Positions 39,932 through 52,132 of a stretch of DNA of 64,000 nucleotides are shown here, piece after piece. The position numbers were made by a program, and so were the translations under genes. The DNA comes from Mobula hypostoma (lineage: Eukaryota): positions 1,054,001 to 1,118,000 of the forward strand of contig NC_086097.1 of assembly GCF_963921235.1 (NCBI RefSeq), written 5' to 3'. Position 1 is the stretch's first letter. The number at the start of each line of letters is the position of its first letter. Below the pieces are notes generated by a model that saw only the letters and a program-made list of their open reading frames with translations, was not told the origin of the DNA and made no database searches.

Positions 39932-40285
39932 CCAACACACATCAAAGTTGCTGGTGAACGCAGCAGGCCAGGCAGCATCTCTAGGAAGAGGTACAGTCCA
40001 CGTTTCGGGCCGAGACCCTTCGTCAGGACTAACTGAAGGAAGAGTTAGTAAGAGATTTGAAAGTGGGAGGGGGAGGGGGAGATCCAAAATGATAGGAGAA
40101 GACAGGAAGGGGAAGGGTGGAGCCAAGAGCTGGAGAGTTGATTGACAAAAGGGATATGAGAGGATCAGGGGACAGGAGGCCTAGGGAGAACGAATGCTCC
40201 CTGGGGGAGGGGGAGGGGGGAGTGTGGATGAATGGTAGTGGAGAGGAACAAATGAGGGAGAGGGAGAGAAAGAGATAGATAGATC
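39932..40285 (-). mobile_element. Penelope-like element 3' terminal fragment (hammerhead with GTG at the cleavage triplet)
   Basis: Reverse complement homologous to 45600-45920. Confidence 0.88.
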
Positions 40286-40504
40286 TCTCAAAAGCAGAGG
40301 TGGAGGAGTATGCCTCATGATCAAATATTCTTGATGCACAAAATATCAGTGCTGTCCCAATACTGCTCACCAGATTAGGAATAGCTAACAGTTAAATGTT
40401 GTCCATTTTACCTACCGCGAGAGATTTCTGGGATCATTTTGGTAGCGGTATACATTCCACCTCAGGCCAATGGTGGACTGACGGTAGACTTGCTCTAGAG
40501 AGAA

Positions 40505-41469
40505 CTTCAGTGTCTGGTACTTTATCAGCCATCTGATGCCTAATACTCTGCGAAGACAAGTCATGTGGAAATGGTTGAGCTGTCTTGCACGCCTTCAATA
40601 CACAGTCCACGTTTCACAGGCATACAAGAGGGTAGTGAGTACCACGGCTCTGTAGACCTTCAGTTTTATTGTTGGACTGATTCCTCGACGTTCCCATACC
40701 GTGGAGTGCAATCTACCAAAAGCAGGGCTTGCCTTTGCTTTTCTGCCGTTAACTTCTGTATCAATCGTCACTGCTCAGGAGGGGGTGATGCCAAGTAAGT
40801 AAACTGGTCCACTGCCTGTAGTTTCTGTCCTTTGATTGTGATTTTGGGTTCTGTGTACGGTGCATGAGGAGCAGTCTGGTGCATGACCTAAATCTTTTTG
40901 ATGTTGATGGTGAGTCCAAAGTTGTCACCAGCCATGGAGAATTTGTCCATATTGACTTGCATCTCTGGCTCCGAGCCAGCATACAGGGCGCAGTCATCAG
41001 CAAAGAGGAAGTCTCTCAGAACAGTCTCCTTCACTTTGGTAATAGCTTTAAGTCTCCTCAGGTTGAAGAGCTTCCCATCCACTCTGGACTTGAGGCTGAT
41101 TCCAGCATCACTATCCTGGAAGGCATCATTCAGCATGGCAGTAAACATCATGCTGAACAGTGTGGGTGCGAGCACACAGCCCTGTTTGACACCACTGGTG
41201 ACTGGAAACGCCTTAGAGGATTCTCCACCATCCAGTCCTCTGGCCATCATGCCATCATGGAACTGGCGTACCATCTGAATGAATTTGGCAGGGCAGCCGA
41301 ACTTTGACATGATCCTCTACAGGCCTTGTCGGCAGACAGTGTCGAAGGCTTTCGTGAGGTCAACAGAAGTTGTGTAGAGTTTGCAATTCTGTTCCTGACA
41401 CTTCTCCTGAAGTTGGCGCGTGGCAAAAATCATGTCAATAGTCCCACAACCTTTGCGAAAGCCACACTG
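40505..41469 (-). mobile_element. RTE (BovB-like) LINE RT fragment inserted into a Rex1-like element
   Basis: KFGCPAKFIQMVRQFHDGMMAR, GVKQGCVLAPTLFSMMF, DFLFADDCAL, FGLTINIKK. Confidence 0.9.
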
Positions 41470-43500
41470 TGACTGCAGCACCAGTAGTGAGGATCAAGAA
41501 GGTATGGACAAGAGAAGCACAGGAGCATCTACAGGACTGCTTTGAATCAGTGGACCTGACTGCATTCAGGGATTCATCTTCCAACATGGATGAGTATGTT
41601 GCAATTGTTATCGACTTCATTAAAACCTGTGTGAATGAGTCGGTGCCTACAAAGACTTACTATACATTCCCAAACCAAAAGCCGAGGATGAACCAGGAGA
41701 TATGTCATCCGCCGAAGGCTAGATCTGTGGCATTCAAGTCTGGCAACCCAGGTCTGTACCAGAAAATCAGACATGATTTGTGGAGGGCCATTTCAAGAGC
41801 AAACAGACAATTTTGAATGAGGTTGGAGGCGACATCGGATGCATGACAACTCTGGCAGGGTTTGCAAGACATTACTTCCTACAAAGCGAAACCCAATAGC
41901 ATGAATGTCAGCGATGCTTCACAACCAGATAAACTCCACATCTTCTATGCCCGCTTTGAAAGGGAGAATATAACTACAGCTGTGAAGATCCCTGCCACAA
42001 CTGATCTCTGTCTCAGAGGCCAATGTTAGGCTGTCTTTAAAATGAGAGAACAGGTGGAAGGTCCCAATGGAGTGCCTGGTAAGGCCCTGAAAACCTGTGC
42101 CAACCAACCGGTGGGAGTATTCAAGGACATTTTCAACCTCTCACTGCTACGGGTGGAAGTTCCCACTTGCTTCAAAAGGCAGGAATTATACCAGTGCCGA
42201 AGAAGAATAATCTGAGCTGCCTTAATGGCTATCACCCAGTAGCACTCGCATCTACAGTGATGAAATGCTTCGAGAGGTTGGTCATGACTAGTCTGAACTC
42301 CTGCCTCAGCAAGGACCTGGACCCACTGCAATTTGCCTCTTGTCACAATAGGTCAACAGCAGATGCAATCTCAATTGCTCTTCACATGGCCTTAGACTAC
42401 CTGGACAACACAAACACCTACGTCTGGATGCTGTTCACTGACTATAGTTCAGCATTTAACACCATCATTCCCACGGTCTTAACTGAGAAGTTACAGAACC
42501 TGGGCCTCTGTATCTCCCTCTGCAATTAGATCCTCGACTTCCTAATCAGAAGACCACAATCTGTACGGATTGGTGATAATATCGCCTCCTTGTTGACAAT
42601 CAACACTGGTGCACCTCAGGAGTGTGTGCTTAGCCCACTGCTCTACTCTCTGTGTGGCTAGGCATAGTTCAAATACCATGTATAAATTTGCTGATTGTTG
42701 GTAGAATTTCAGATGGAGATGAGAAGATGTACAGAAGCGAGATACGCCAACTAGTGGAGTGGTGTCACAGCAACAACCTTGCAGTCAACATCAGTAAGAC
42801 GAAAGAGCTGATTGTGGACTTCAGGAAGGGCAAGAGGAAGGAACACATACCAATCCTCATAGAGGGATCAGAAGTGGAGAGAGAGAGCAGTTTCTAGTTC
42901 CTGGGTGTCAAGATCTCCGAGGACCTCACCTGGTCCTGACATATCGATGCAGTTCTGACGAAGGCAAGACAGCGACTATACTTCATTAGGAGTTTGAAGA
43001 GATTTGGTACATCAACAAATACACTCAAAAACTTCTGTAGATGTACCATGGAGAGCATTCTGACACATTGCACCACTGTCTGGTATGGGGTGGCAGCTGC
43101 ACAGGACCGATAAAAGCTGCAGAGGGTTGTAAATTTGGACGGCTCCATCTTGGGTACGAGCCTACAAAGTACCCAGGACATCTTCAAGGAGTGGTGTTTC
43201 AGAAAGGCAGTGTCCAATATTAAGCACCCCCAGCACCCAGGGCATGCCCTTTTCTCACTGTTACCATCAGGTAGGAGGTACAGAAGCCTGATGACACACA
43301 CTCAGTGATTCAGGAACAGCTTCTTCCCCTCTGCCATCCAATTCCTAAATGGATATTGAACCCGTGAACACTACCTCACTTTTTTAATATATATTATTTC
43401 AGCTTTTTGCACAATTTTTAATCTATTCAATAAACCTATACTGTAATTGATTTGCTTTTTTTTTTAAACTACATTTTTTTCTTTTTCTTCTTCTATATTA
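41470..43500 (+). mobile_element. Rex1/Babar-like LINE (RT and 3' UTR); upstream APE piece at ~40385-40505
   Basis: [52 protein letters not shown]; upstream PFYLPRE...VAVYIPPQAN. Confidence 0.88.
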
Positions 43501-43504
43501 TGTA

Positions 43505-44380
43505 CAGTGCCATGTAAAAATTTGGGCACCCCGGTCAAAATTTCTGTTACTGTGAATAGTTAAGGGAGTAGAAGATGAACTGATCTCCAAAAGTCATAAA
43601 GTTAGAGATGAAACATTCTTTTCACATTTTAAGCAAGATTAGTGTGTTATTTTTGTTTTGTACAATTTTAGAGTGAATAAAAGGAGCGCCATGCAAAAGT
43701 TTGGGCACCCCAAGAGATCTGAGCTCTCAGATAAATTTTACCAAGGTCTCAGACCTTAATCAGCTTGTTAGGGCTATGGCTTGTTCACAGTCATCATTAG
43801 GAAAGGCAAGGTGATGCAAATTTCAAAGCTTTATAAATACCCTGACTCCTCAAACCTTGTCCCAACAATCAGCAGCAATGGGCTCCTCTAAGCAGCTGCC
43901 TAGCACTCTGAAAATTAAAATAAATGATGCCCACAGAGCAGGAGAAGGCTATAAGAAGATAGCAAAGTGTTTTCAGGTAGCCATTTCCTCAGTTCGTAAT
44001 GTAATTAAGAAATGGCATTAACAGGAACAGTGGAGGTCAAGTTAAGGTCTGGAAGACCAAGAAAACTTTCCGAGAAAACTGCTCGTAGGATTGCTAGAAA
44101 GGCAAATCAAAACCCCTGTTTGACTGCAAAAGACCTTCAGGAAGATTTAGCAGACTCTGGAGTGGTGGTGCACTGTTCTACTGTGCAGTGACACCTGCAC
44201 AAATATGACCTTCATGGAAGAGTCATCAGGAGAAAGCCTTTCCTGCATCCTCACCACAAAATTCAGCGTCAGAAGTTTGCAAAAGAACATCTAAACAAGC
44301 CTGATGCATTTTGAAAACAAGTCCTGTGGACTGATGAAGTTAAAATATAACTTTTTGGCTGCAATGAGCAAAGATATGTT
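43505..44380 (+). mobile_element. Tc1-like DNA transposon, left half (IR/DR-type end and truncated transposase pseudogene from ATG 43878)
   Basis: TA|CAGTGCC terminus; inner direct repeat gccatgcaaaagtttgggcacccc at ~43688; GEGYKKIAK, SGRPRK, VLWTDE; stops and a frameshift; truncated by the PLE. Confidence 0.92.
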
Positions 44381-45960
44381 AAGGGTCAGCTCCTGGGCCC
44401 TCAGAGGCTCCACCTTCCTCTCACCCCAAACCTTCCCTCTCCACTGACACCACCAGCCTCTTTTCCTTCTCTACATTGACGACTGCATTGGCGCTGATTC
44501 CTGCACGCATGCTGAGCTTGTTGACTTCATTAACTTTGCCTCCGACTTTCACCCTGCCCTCAAGTTTACCTGGTCCATTTCTGACACCTCCCTCCCCTTT
44601 CTTGATCTTTCTGTCTCCATCTCTGGAGACAGCTTATCTACTGATGTCTACTATAAGCCTACGGACTCTCACAGATATCTGGACTATTCCTCTTTTCACC
44701 CTGTCTCTTGCAAAAATGTCATCCCTTTCTCGCAATTCCTCCGTCTCCGCCGCATTTGCTGTCAGGATGAGGCTTTTCATTCCAGGACGAAGGAGATGTC
44801 TTCCTTTTTTAAAGAAAAGGGCTTCCCTTTCTCCACCATCAACTCTGCTCTCAAACGCATCTCTCCTATTTCACGCACATCTGCTCTCACCCCATCCTCC
44901 TGCCACGCCACTAGGAATAGGGTTCCCCTTGTCCTCACTTACCACTCCACCGGCCTCCGGGTCCAACATATTAGTCTTCGTAACTTCTGCCACCTCCAAC
45001 GGGATCCCACCACTAAGCACATCTTTCCCTCCCCCCACCGCTTTCTGCAGGGATCACTCCTTACGCAACTCCCTTGTCCATTTGACCCCCCCCCCCATCC
45101 CTCCCCACCGAACTCCCTCCCGGCACTTATCCTTGTAAGCAGAACAAGTGCTACACATACCCTTACACTTCCTCCCTCAACACCATTCAGGGCCCCAGAG
45201 TCCTTCCAGGTGAGGCGACACTTCACCTGAGTCGGCTGGGATGATATACTGCGTCCGGTGCTCCTGATGCAGCCTTCTATATGTAGGTGAGACCCGACGC
45301 AGGCTGGGAGACTGTTTCGCTGAACACCTGCACTCTGTATGCCAGAGAAAGCAGGATCTCCCAGTGGCCACACATTTTAATTCCACGTCCCATTCCCATT
45401 CTGATATGTCTATCCACGGCCTCCTCTACTGTCAAGATGAAGCCACACTCAGGTTGGAGGAACAACACCTTATATTCCGTCTGGGTAGCTTCCAATATGA
45501 TGGCATGAACATTGACTTCTCTAATTTCCGTTAATGCCCCACCTCCCCTTCGTACCCCATCCGTTATTTATTTATATATTTATTTTCTTTCTCTCCTTTT
45601 TTCTCCCTCTGTCCCTCTCACTATACTTCTTGTCCATCCTCTGGGCTTCCCCCCTCCCCCTTTCTTTCTCCCTGGGCCTCCCGTCCCATGATCCTCTCAT
45701 ATCCCTTTTGCCAATCAACTTTCCAGCTCTTAGCTGCATCCCTTCCCCCTCCTGTCTTCTCCTATCATTTTGGATCTCCCCCTCCCCCTTTCAAATCTCT
45801 TACTATCTCTTCTTTCAGTTAGTCCTGACGAAGGGTCTCGGCCCGAAACGTCGACTGTACCGCTTCCTAGAGATGCTGCCTGGCCTGCTGCGTTCACCGG
45901 TAATTTTTATGTACGTTGTTTGAAATTCCAGCATCTGCAGATTTCCTTGTGTTTGCGCTC
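44381..45960 (+). mobile_element. Penelope-like element: RT C-terminal part, GIY-YIG endonuclease, 3' region with hammerhead
   Basis: YIDDCIG, FTWSISDTSLPFLDL, YYKPTDSH.YLDYSS.HP, IPFSQFLRLRRIC, IYCVRC...LYVGETRRRLGDCFAEHL. Confidence 0.93.
45821..45856 (+). ncRNA. Minimal type I hammerhead ribozyme motif with intact core; predicted cleavage after C45852 (GUC)
   Basis: Stem I AGTC/GACT, core CTGACGA(A), stem II GGGT-CTCG-GCCC, GAAA, palindromic ACGT stem III. Confidence 0.78.
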
Positions 45961-46049
45961 ATAGACAGTAGATGTTTAAAGTAATGAAGGCCAAATGCAG
46001 ACAAATGGAACAGCTTGGGTGACATGGACAATTTGGATGTGTTTTCATG

Positions 46050-46360
46050 TTAGAAACATAGAAAAGCTACAGCACATATGGGCCCTTTGGCTCACAAAGT
46101 TGTGCCGAACATGTCCCTACCTTAGAAATTACTAGGCTTACCCATAGCCCTCTATTTTTCTAAGCTCCATGTACCTATCCAAAAGTCTCTTAAAAGACCC
46201 TAACGTATCCACCTCCACCACCGTTGCCGGCAGCCCATTCCACGCACTCACCACTCTCTGCATAAAAAACTTACCCCTGACATCTTCTCTGTACCTACAC
46301 CCCAGCACCTTAAACCTGTGTCCTCTTGTGGCAACTATTCAGCCCTGGGAAAAAGCCTAT
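46050..46360 (-). mobile_element. CR1 3' end (same family as 6320-7047)
   Basis: Reverse complement resembles 6750-7047; tail agaaacatagaaa. Confidence 0.85.
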
Positions 46361-46401
46361 ACTGTAATACTATAACAGGACAGGTGGGAAATCACACTCA
46401 C

Positions 46402-46515
46402 CTCTTCCATCACCAAGCCCTTCATCAGCTTTGCCTTCCTGTCTTTCTTCTCGTGACCGAGGCAAGAATGGGATCAGGTTTTCACTGCGGAACGGGTAGC
46501 ATCGGTATGTGACAC
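46402..46515 (-). CDS. MLH3: MLH3 coding exon (human exon 3 equivalent), 114 nt: (G)VTYRCYPFRSENLIPFLPRSREERQEGKADEGLGDGR
   Basis: Acceptor ctttcttgttag, donor gtgagt, phase 1/1 continues the frame; resembles vertebrate MLH3 YRCxPFRSxLxLPFLPR. Confidence 0.93.
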
Positions 46516-46689
46516 CTAACAAGAAAGCAGAAAGCTTAAACCCGCGTGCAGAGGCAGAAGCTGATCACAGTTCCTTATTTCCTTTGACACGGGAAGGTAT
46601 TTCAACCCATCAATTCTAGAATGATTTGCAGAATAATCCTTACAAAGAAAATTTTCCCTGACACTCTAAACCCTGTATTCAGTACTTTG

Positions 46690-47215
46690 GTTCTCTAAAT
46701 CAATATACTGAGTATAGGAGTTGGGGTATTATATTGAAATTGTATAAGACTATGCTGTAGCCCACTTTAGAGTATTTTGTCCAGTTTTGGTCACTTCCCT
46801 CTGTTAATAAGATTGAAAGAGTGCAGAGCGAGAATGTTCCTGGGGCTTGAGGCCCCAAGTTACAGGGAAAGGTTGAGCAGGTTCAGACTTTATTCCCTGG
46901 AGTGGAGGAAAAAGAGGGGAGATTTGACAGAGGGGTATAAAATTATGAGCGATATAGAGAGGGTAAATGCAAGTAGGCTTTCTCTACTGAAGTTGGTTGA
47001 GACTAGAATAAGAGATCATGGGTTAAAGGTGAAAGGAGAAATATTTAAGGGGAACATAAAGGGAAACTTCTTCACTCAAAGGGTGGTAAAAGTGTGGAAT
47101 GACCTTCCAGTGGAAGTTTGACTTCAACATTTAAGAAAATATTCTAATAAGTATATGGATAGGAGAGATACAGACGGGCCAAAGGTTGTTTCTGTGCTGT
47201 AGTGTTCTATGGCTC
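46690..47215 (+). mobile_element. Old CR1 3' fragment
   Basis: SYRERLSRFRLYSLE, FKGNIKGNFFTQRVV. Confidence 0.75.
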
Positions 47216-47869
47216 CATGATACCCATTCTCTTCACATTCCCCATCAATTTCCCCAGATTCTAACAGTCACCTACATACGAGAGGCAACTTACAGTTGCC
47301 AAGCAACTTGCACAAATGTGCTAGCGAGGGCGTGCTTAGATGAATGTGTGGCTGAGGATTTGATGCAGGGGGCAGTGATTCAGGTTCTTATATCATTAGG
47401 CTGTCTTCTGAGGCAGAGGAGACCTGTACAATTAGGACAAGTTGTCTTTATATTGATAAACAATGACTCCAGATTGTCAGCACAGCCTTGTGCATGGTAA
47501 GTCATCTCACACACATAACACCCGGTTAAGATTTTTACTGATATGGCGTAACTATTTCATTTTAGCAGTTCTGTAACAGCAGTCTGTTCTGCTTTTTATA
47601 TGTTTGGTTTTGAGCTAAAGATAAGGGGCTATGTTGTTCAACTTAGGAATGCTGTGTCAGGCAATCAAGATGGTGGAATTGGAAAAGGTTCCAGAGAATG
47701 TTGGGTGGAGAGGTTTTCAGTGATGGACACTGGTGTGGGTAGAGGACTTTTTGGTGGGAACTGGGAGAAGACAAGAGGGAAGATGGCAAAAGATGCCATC
47801 CCTGTTGCACAAGGTGCTTTGTGCAGATGAACAGCTTCAAAGGAGAAAGGACCAATCCTCCCATGGGGA

Positions 47870-48785
47870 AACAGACACAAAATGCTGGAGGAGCTCAGCA
47901 GGCCAGGCAGCATCTATGGAAAAAAGTACAGTCGACATTTCGGGCCAAAACCCTTCGGCAGGACTCCATGCCAAACCAGTTGAACTGCTTACTCCTATTG
48001 ACCTGCACTGCCACCATAGCCCTTCATACTCCTACCATCAATGTACCAAACTTCTCTTAAACGTTGAAACTGCCCTCACATGCACCGCTTGCGCTGGCTC
48101 TCATTCCACACTCTCATAACCCTCTGAGTGAGAAGTTTCCCCTCATGTTCTTATTGCACTTTTCACTCTTAACTCGTGACTTCTAGTTATATTCCCTCCC
48201 AACCTTAGAGGAAAAAGCCTGCTCGCATGTACCCTATCTATGCCCCTCATAATTATGTATACCTCTATCATATCTCCTCTCAATGTTCCAAGGAATAAAG
48301 TACTAACCTATTCAATCTTTCCTTGTAACTCAGTCATCCAAGCCCAGCAACGTTCTTGTAAATTTTCTCTGCATTCTATCAACCTTGTTTACATCTTTCC
48401 TCTAGGTAGGTGACCAAAATTGCAAACAAGATTCCAAATTTGGCCTCACCAACATCGTATACAACTTCAAAATAACATCCCATCTCCTGTACTCAATACT
48501 TTGGTTTATGTGTCAAAAGCTTTCTTTACAACCCTACCTACCTGTGACACAACGTTCAACAAATCATGGATCTGTATTCCCAGATCCCTTTGTTCTACCA
48601 TGTGCCGCACCACACACTGTGTACGACCTACCCTGGTTGGTTCAACACTTTGCATTTGTTTGCATTAAATTCCATTCGTAATTTTTCAGCCTAATTTTCC
48701 AGCCGGTCCAGATCATACTGCAAGCTCTGATAGTCTTCTTCACTGTCCACTACATCACCAATCTTGGTGTCATCTGTAAATTAAC
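47870..48785 (-). mobile_element. PLE terminal fragment (47870-47965) followed by an old CR1 3' fragment
   Basis: Similarity to other copies in the window. Confidence 0.75.
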
Positions 48786-49046
48786 CCACGGGACCACAGA
48801 CCCACAGACCCAAGGTTGTTAATGCCTGGTTTAGAGGGACGAGGGCCAAATGGGAATGGCTCAGGTTGGGAGGTTGGCCTGGTTTCCATGGTGTATAACT
48901 CTATAAATGGCCAGATGGCAAATCACACTCTGGGTATGGATCAGTTGAGCTGAAGTGCCTGTTTCTGTGTTTATGGCTCATTTTAATTATCACAGAATTA
49001 CCAAGGCATTCATTATCAAAGTTCAGCACCAAGCCTCAAGGTGAGA

Positions 49047-51342
49047 TAGAAACCATAGAAACTACAGCACAGAAACAGGCCCTTTGGCCCTTCTTGGCTG
49101 TGCCGAACCATTTTCTGCCTAGTCCCACTGACCTGCACACGGACCATATCCCTCCATACACCTCCCATCCATGTATCTGTCCAATTTATTCTTAAATGTT
49201 AAAAAAGAACCCGCATTTACCACCTCGTCTGGCAGCTCATTCCACACTCCCACCACTCTCTGTGTGAAGAAGCCCCCACTAATGTTCCCTTTAAACTTTT
49301 CCCCCCTCACCCTTAACCCATGTCCTCTGGTTTTTTTTCTCCCCTTGCCTCAGTGGAAAAGCCTGCTTGCATTCACTCTATCTATACCCATCATAATTTT
49401 ATACACCCCTATCAAATCTCCCCTCATTCTTCTACGCTCCAGGGAATAAAGTCCTAACCTATTCAACCCTTCTCTGTAACTGAGTTTCTCAAGTCCCGGC
49501 AACATCCTTGTAAACCTTCTCTGCACTCTTTCAACCTTATTTATATCCTTCCTGTAATTTGGTGACCAAAACTGAACACAATACTCCAGATTCGGCCTCA
49601 CCAATGCCTTATACAACCTCATCATAACATTCCAGCTCTTATACTCAATACTACAATTAATAAAGGCCAATGTACCAAAAGCTCTCTTTACGACCTTATA
49701 TACCTGTGACGACACTTTTAGGGAATTTTGTATCTGTATTCCCAGATCCCTCTGTTCCACTGCACTCCTCAGTGCCTTACCATTAACCCTGTATGTTCTA
49801 CCTTGGTTTGTCCTTCCAATGTGCAATACCTCACACTTGTCAGTATTAAACTCCATCTGCCATTTTTCAGCCCATTTTTCCAGCTGGTGCAAGTCCCTCT
49901 ACAGGCTCTGAAAACCTTCCTCACTGTCTACTACACCTCCAATCTTTGTATCATCAGCAAACTTGCTGATCCAATTTACCACATTATCATCCAGATCATT
50001 GATATAGATGACAAATAACAATGGACCCAGCACTGATCCCTGTGGCACACCACTAGTCACAGGCCTCCACTCAGAGAAGCAATTCTCTACCACCACTCTC
50101 TGGCTTCTTCCATCGAGCCAATGTCTAATCCAATTTACCACCTCTCCATGTATACCTAGCGACTGAATTTTCCTAACTAACCTCCCATGCAGGACCTTGT
50201 CAAAGGCCTTACTGAAGTCCATGTAGACAACATCCACTGCCTTCCCTTCATCCACTTTCCTGGTAACCCCTCCTCAAAAAACTCCAACAGATTGGTCAAA
50301 CATGACCTACCACGCACAAAGCCATGTTGACTCTCCCTAATAAGCCCCTGTCTACCCAAATACTTGTAAATTCTGTCTCTTAGTACTCCCTCCAATAACT
50401 TACCTACTACTGACGTTAAACTCACCGGCCTATAATTTCCCGGATTACTTTTCGATCCTTTTTTAAACAACGGAACAACATGAGCCACTCTCCAATCCTC
50501 CGGCACTTCACCCGGAGACAGCGACATTTTAAATATTTCTGCCAGGGCCCCCGCAATTTCAACATTAGTCTCCTTCAAGGTCCGAAGGAACACCCTGTCA
50601 GGTCCCGGGGATTTATCCACTTTAATTTTCCTCAAGACAGCAAGCACCTCCTCCTTTTCAATCTGTACAGTTGCCATGGTCTCACTACTTGATTCCCTCA
50701 ATTCCATAGATTTCATGCCAGCTTCCTTAGTAAATACAGACGCAAAACACCTATTTAAGATCTCCCCCATTTCCTTTGGTTCCGCACAAAGCCGACCACT
50801 CTGATCTTCAAGAGGACCAATTTTATCCCTTACAATCCTTTTGCTCTTAATATACTTGTAAAAGCTCTTTGGATTATCCTTCACTTTGACTGCCAAGGCA
50901 ACCTCATGTCTTCTTTTTGCCCTCCTGATTTCTTTCTTAAGTATTTTCTTGCACTTCTTATACTCAAGCACCTGATTTACCCCGTTTCCTATACATTTCA
51001 TACAACTCCCTCTTCTTCTTTATCAGAGTTGCAATATCCCTTGAGAACCAAGGTTCCTTATTCCTATTCAATTTGCCTTTAATCCTGACAGGAACATACA
51101 AACTCTGCACTCTCAAAATTTCTCCTTTGAAGGCTTCCCACCTACAGATCACATCTTTGCCAGAGAACAATCTGTCCCAATCCACGCTTTTTAGATCCTT
51201 TCTCATTTCTTCAAATTTGGCCTTCTTCCAGTTCAGAACCTCAACCCTAGGACCAGATCTATCCTTGTTCATGATCAAATTGAAACTAATGGCATTATGA
51301 TCACTGGAACCAAAGTGCTCCCCTACACAGACTTCTGTCACT
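49047..51342 (-). mobile_element. 5'-truncated CR1, relatively young
   Basis: EHFGSSDHNAISF, KSPGPD, YMDFSKAFDKV, KFADDTK; tail tttctatggtttctat. Confidence 0.93.
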
Positions 51343-52132
51343 TGGGCAGATTATCAAATCTTGGTTTAAGGGTAGGTTGTAATGATTCTTAAAGGTGGAA
51401 GGAAAGGTAGAATGTCTCAGCCATTACTGCAAGAGCCACTAAACTCGGGGTTGGGCAGAAGGTAAAGTCAGAGCACCAATTTCTTATAAAGTTGTACATC
51501 TTGACATCGGCAGATGGACAGCAGGTATCCAAGGATGAAGTGTCCAACACCAGAGGGCATACATTTGAGATGGGAAAAGATAAGTTCAAAGGAGAAATGC
51601 AGGGCAAGTTGTTGTCTTTTTTTAAAAAAACACTGAAAGTAGTGGGGCGGGTGCCTGGAAAGTATTACCGGGGTTGATGATGGAGGCAAATATGATACGG
51701 GTATTCAAGAGGCTCTTTAATAGACACATTAATGTACAAGAAATAGAGGATATGGACTGAATGAAATAGTTTAATTGGGCATTTGATTATTTCATTCAAC
51801 ACATGGGCTGAAGGGTCTGTTCACTTGCTGCTCTGTTGGACCATAAGACACAGGAGAATTAGACCAGTCAGCCTCTCGATTCTGCTTCTATAGTATTTTC
51901 CTGCCTTCTCCCCATAACCTTTGAAGTTCCATTCTATATTTTATCTCTACAAGGTCATGCAGGGATCTGTAAACAAGAGCGAAAACTGATCAAATCTTGG
52001 TACTGCTTATTTGTACAATGAAAGCTCTCAGAAACTAATGTGATTAAAACAAGATAATTTGTTATTACCTAATAGGTTGATTTTTCTTCCTGTGTAGAAA
52101 GAGATACCATTGTATTTCTTTAAAACACTCAC

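Noticed and set aside
52065..52132. C-terminal tail of the 1127-aa ORF (ECFKEIQWYLFLHRKKNQPIR)
   Set aside because: Read-through into the intron past the GTGAGT donor; MLH3 similarity resumes at 46515.
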